From a virus (lineage: Duplodnaviria > Caudoviricetes): 41,374 bases of DNA. Under the pieces are notes generated by a model. That model was given only the letters and a program-made list of their open reading frames with translations. It was not told the origin of the DNA and did no database searches. The position numbers and the translations under genes are program-made. This document shows, one piece after another, positions 41,001 to 41,374 of this stretch (positions are counted from its first letter, which is position 1; the number at the start of each line of letters is the position of its first letter). The stretch is taken from the IMG/VR virus record IMGVR_UViG_3300046772_000048, positions 1 through 41,374 of that record, one strand, 5' to 3'.

Positions 41001-41374
41001 ATGCAGGAAAGCCCGCTGCAATTTCTGAGAAGAAAAACATTCCATCAAAGCCAGCAGCAGATTACGATGCTGGTTCGTTGGCAGAAGTTCCAGACGGAAA
41101 CGAAGAGAATATCAAGCCAGCAGATGTTGAGGCTGTTGACCCTGTAAATCCAGAGAATGTTCCGCCACAAAGAGTTCTTGCTAAAGTTACTGACCTCAAG
41201 CCTGGCGACATTACTGTTGGTGACCACTTTGTTATTACTGAAATTGGTGAGAAGGTTCCTGGAACTGACCGCGTAAAGATTAAGGGTTACTACCCAGGAC
41301 ACGTTGAGCAAGACACTAAGCAGTGGAATGAATGGCGTGAAATTCCTGTCATCCGTGGTGCACAAGCGCCAGAG
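38087..41374 (+). CDS. Very large acidic head-region protein, 3'-truncated (at least 1096 codons; not in ORF track)
   Basis: GTGA overlap; frame open at every point translated through to the window end; QRRDRLGRFA motif; internal repeat. Confidence 0.8.
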   Translation, partial: MSRVRRLSYAISEEGRRAQSISQARRIRDAAISMVEEANLSITPARRVTKKSAFTVVLRSLEKTRSLPFSLRQHMALKELSTFINLAQSNKSNSLTLSNTDLLPIAHPRSTRSHSMTASALREARVRWYVDDPEIKDERTKTILASALIAEVDSPEFIYYNALLASLPQGEVPLQALLAAFGDGNSPMNRSLRAQLQRRDRLGRFAFQGGGLKALIKRASGVFSLTGRTLMDLPDGRVQIELADGRIVAVTPEFGEYIKAVLPGQSKDGFSPKPVKNVSVFDKAINENDLEFFDKPEGWESFDGQPNAFRNEEWTVALGKDENGNRNFAVEKDGKKVFEDKSSWADVLDAIDEHEKVAENQPEAKPEQQQAKEAAPAKKFEFNYPENAYKIRQDADYSPEGRVDENSPDFTDDPAELAQRYDVEDLRDALEEGVLPQEGQPALGYGVLPFGRGNEYVPAEALYLALKEAGEDNEMELARIYDKELGGNDNETALNDARKPAEQVGQSTPDVAESFKRETEVSQDEETPAEIDAPFVEEQRDETPLPPLLEGLDENELARFMESKDHTPHLPKNESVQDVPEDYAVLDEAPFENWSEEAKGEGLPEGFSDNPVWIAQNVSKEENLKELRRSVEPGNPMPGYANITAKDGDGEEVVVNVPGEAVRDALQLQGVDTNAELEKIYDEGREGQRQGIGESEAGRIIAEIEKEDGVLIPEQIAGPVFPFPKDDTPRFDKGMMPGLPGLKRDPEEPIDLVGTNIKVGDRVLHRGKYKKVKEISGKGIDRTVWFEEEFPGENSWLQVGIKEHSVKRPVENEGPETIDVAGEKVVKDPIGLGDWNLDNFVLRKVFGKWTVRDKNGEKKFGKYDTMEDAVKAIQESRGDKPTPTPAKPEASERKPGTATEGEKSLDVKAMLYEEEALADKYQEEEGMSRGDAQAVAEADMKRKYGKTAFEALNELSREDALKILDERQEEIDAGKPAAISEKKNIPSKPAADYDAGSLAEVPDGNEENIKPADVEAVDPVNPENVPPQRVLAKVTDLKPGDITVGDHFVITEIGEKVPGTDRVKIKGYYPGHVEQDTKQWNEWREIPVIRGAQAPE

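Noticed and set aside
38690-41365. Several minus-strand and off-frame ORFs in the last 3 kb
   Set aside because: They are shadows of the long plus-strand ORF starting at 38087
1-41374. Stop-codon reassignment, integrase/att site, IS element or reverse transcriptase system
   Set aside because: Genes close normally on TAA, TAG and TGA with tight overlaps; no recombinase, transposase or RT motifs were recognised in this window

Overview
This window is a 41 kb segment of a large tailed dsDNA phage genome that uses the standard genetic code. The host is inferred to be actinobacterial from AGAAAGG-type ribosome-binding sites, many leaderless genes, and an actinophage-type holin and portal. The left part carries a class II ribonucleotide reductase (nrdJ), a DUF4406 protein, two paralogous glycosyltransferases, an AT-rich origin-like palindrome, a holin and a probable terminase small subunit. 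The middle (about 8.6-33.4 kb) is an early/accessory region of small genes in promoter-gene-terminator cassettes with at least 26 sigma70/SigA-type promoters, in two convergent arms. It includes a MoxR-type AAA ATPase/VWA pair, a proteasome-beta/HslV-like protease, a phosphatase and a lytic transglycosylase. The right part carries a double-HTH regulator, DUF1360, the portal and a very large head-region ORF running off the window. The main unexplained signals are non-coding: (1) at least 32 exact copies of AAAAAGTAAAA, 31 of them in 7.5-33.7 kb; (2) seven 3'-UTR hairpins whose loops are complementary to the phage's own ribosome-binding sites; (3) further dispersed motifs at fixed spacing to promoters (CRP-like boxes, GACAC, a TACT-N4-AGTA palindrome, a 16-bp motif). 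Together these suggest a layered DNA- and RNA-level control system for the early region. All assignments were made by eye; no database search was run.
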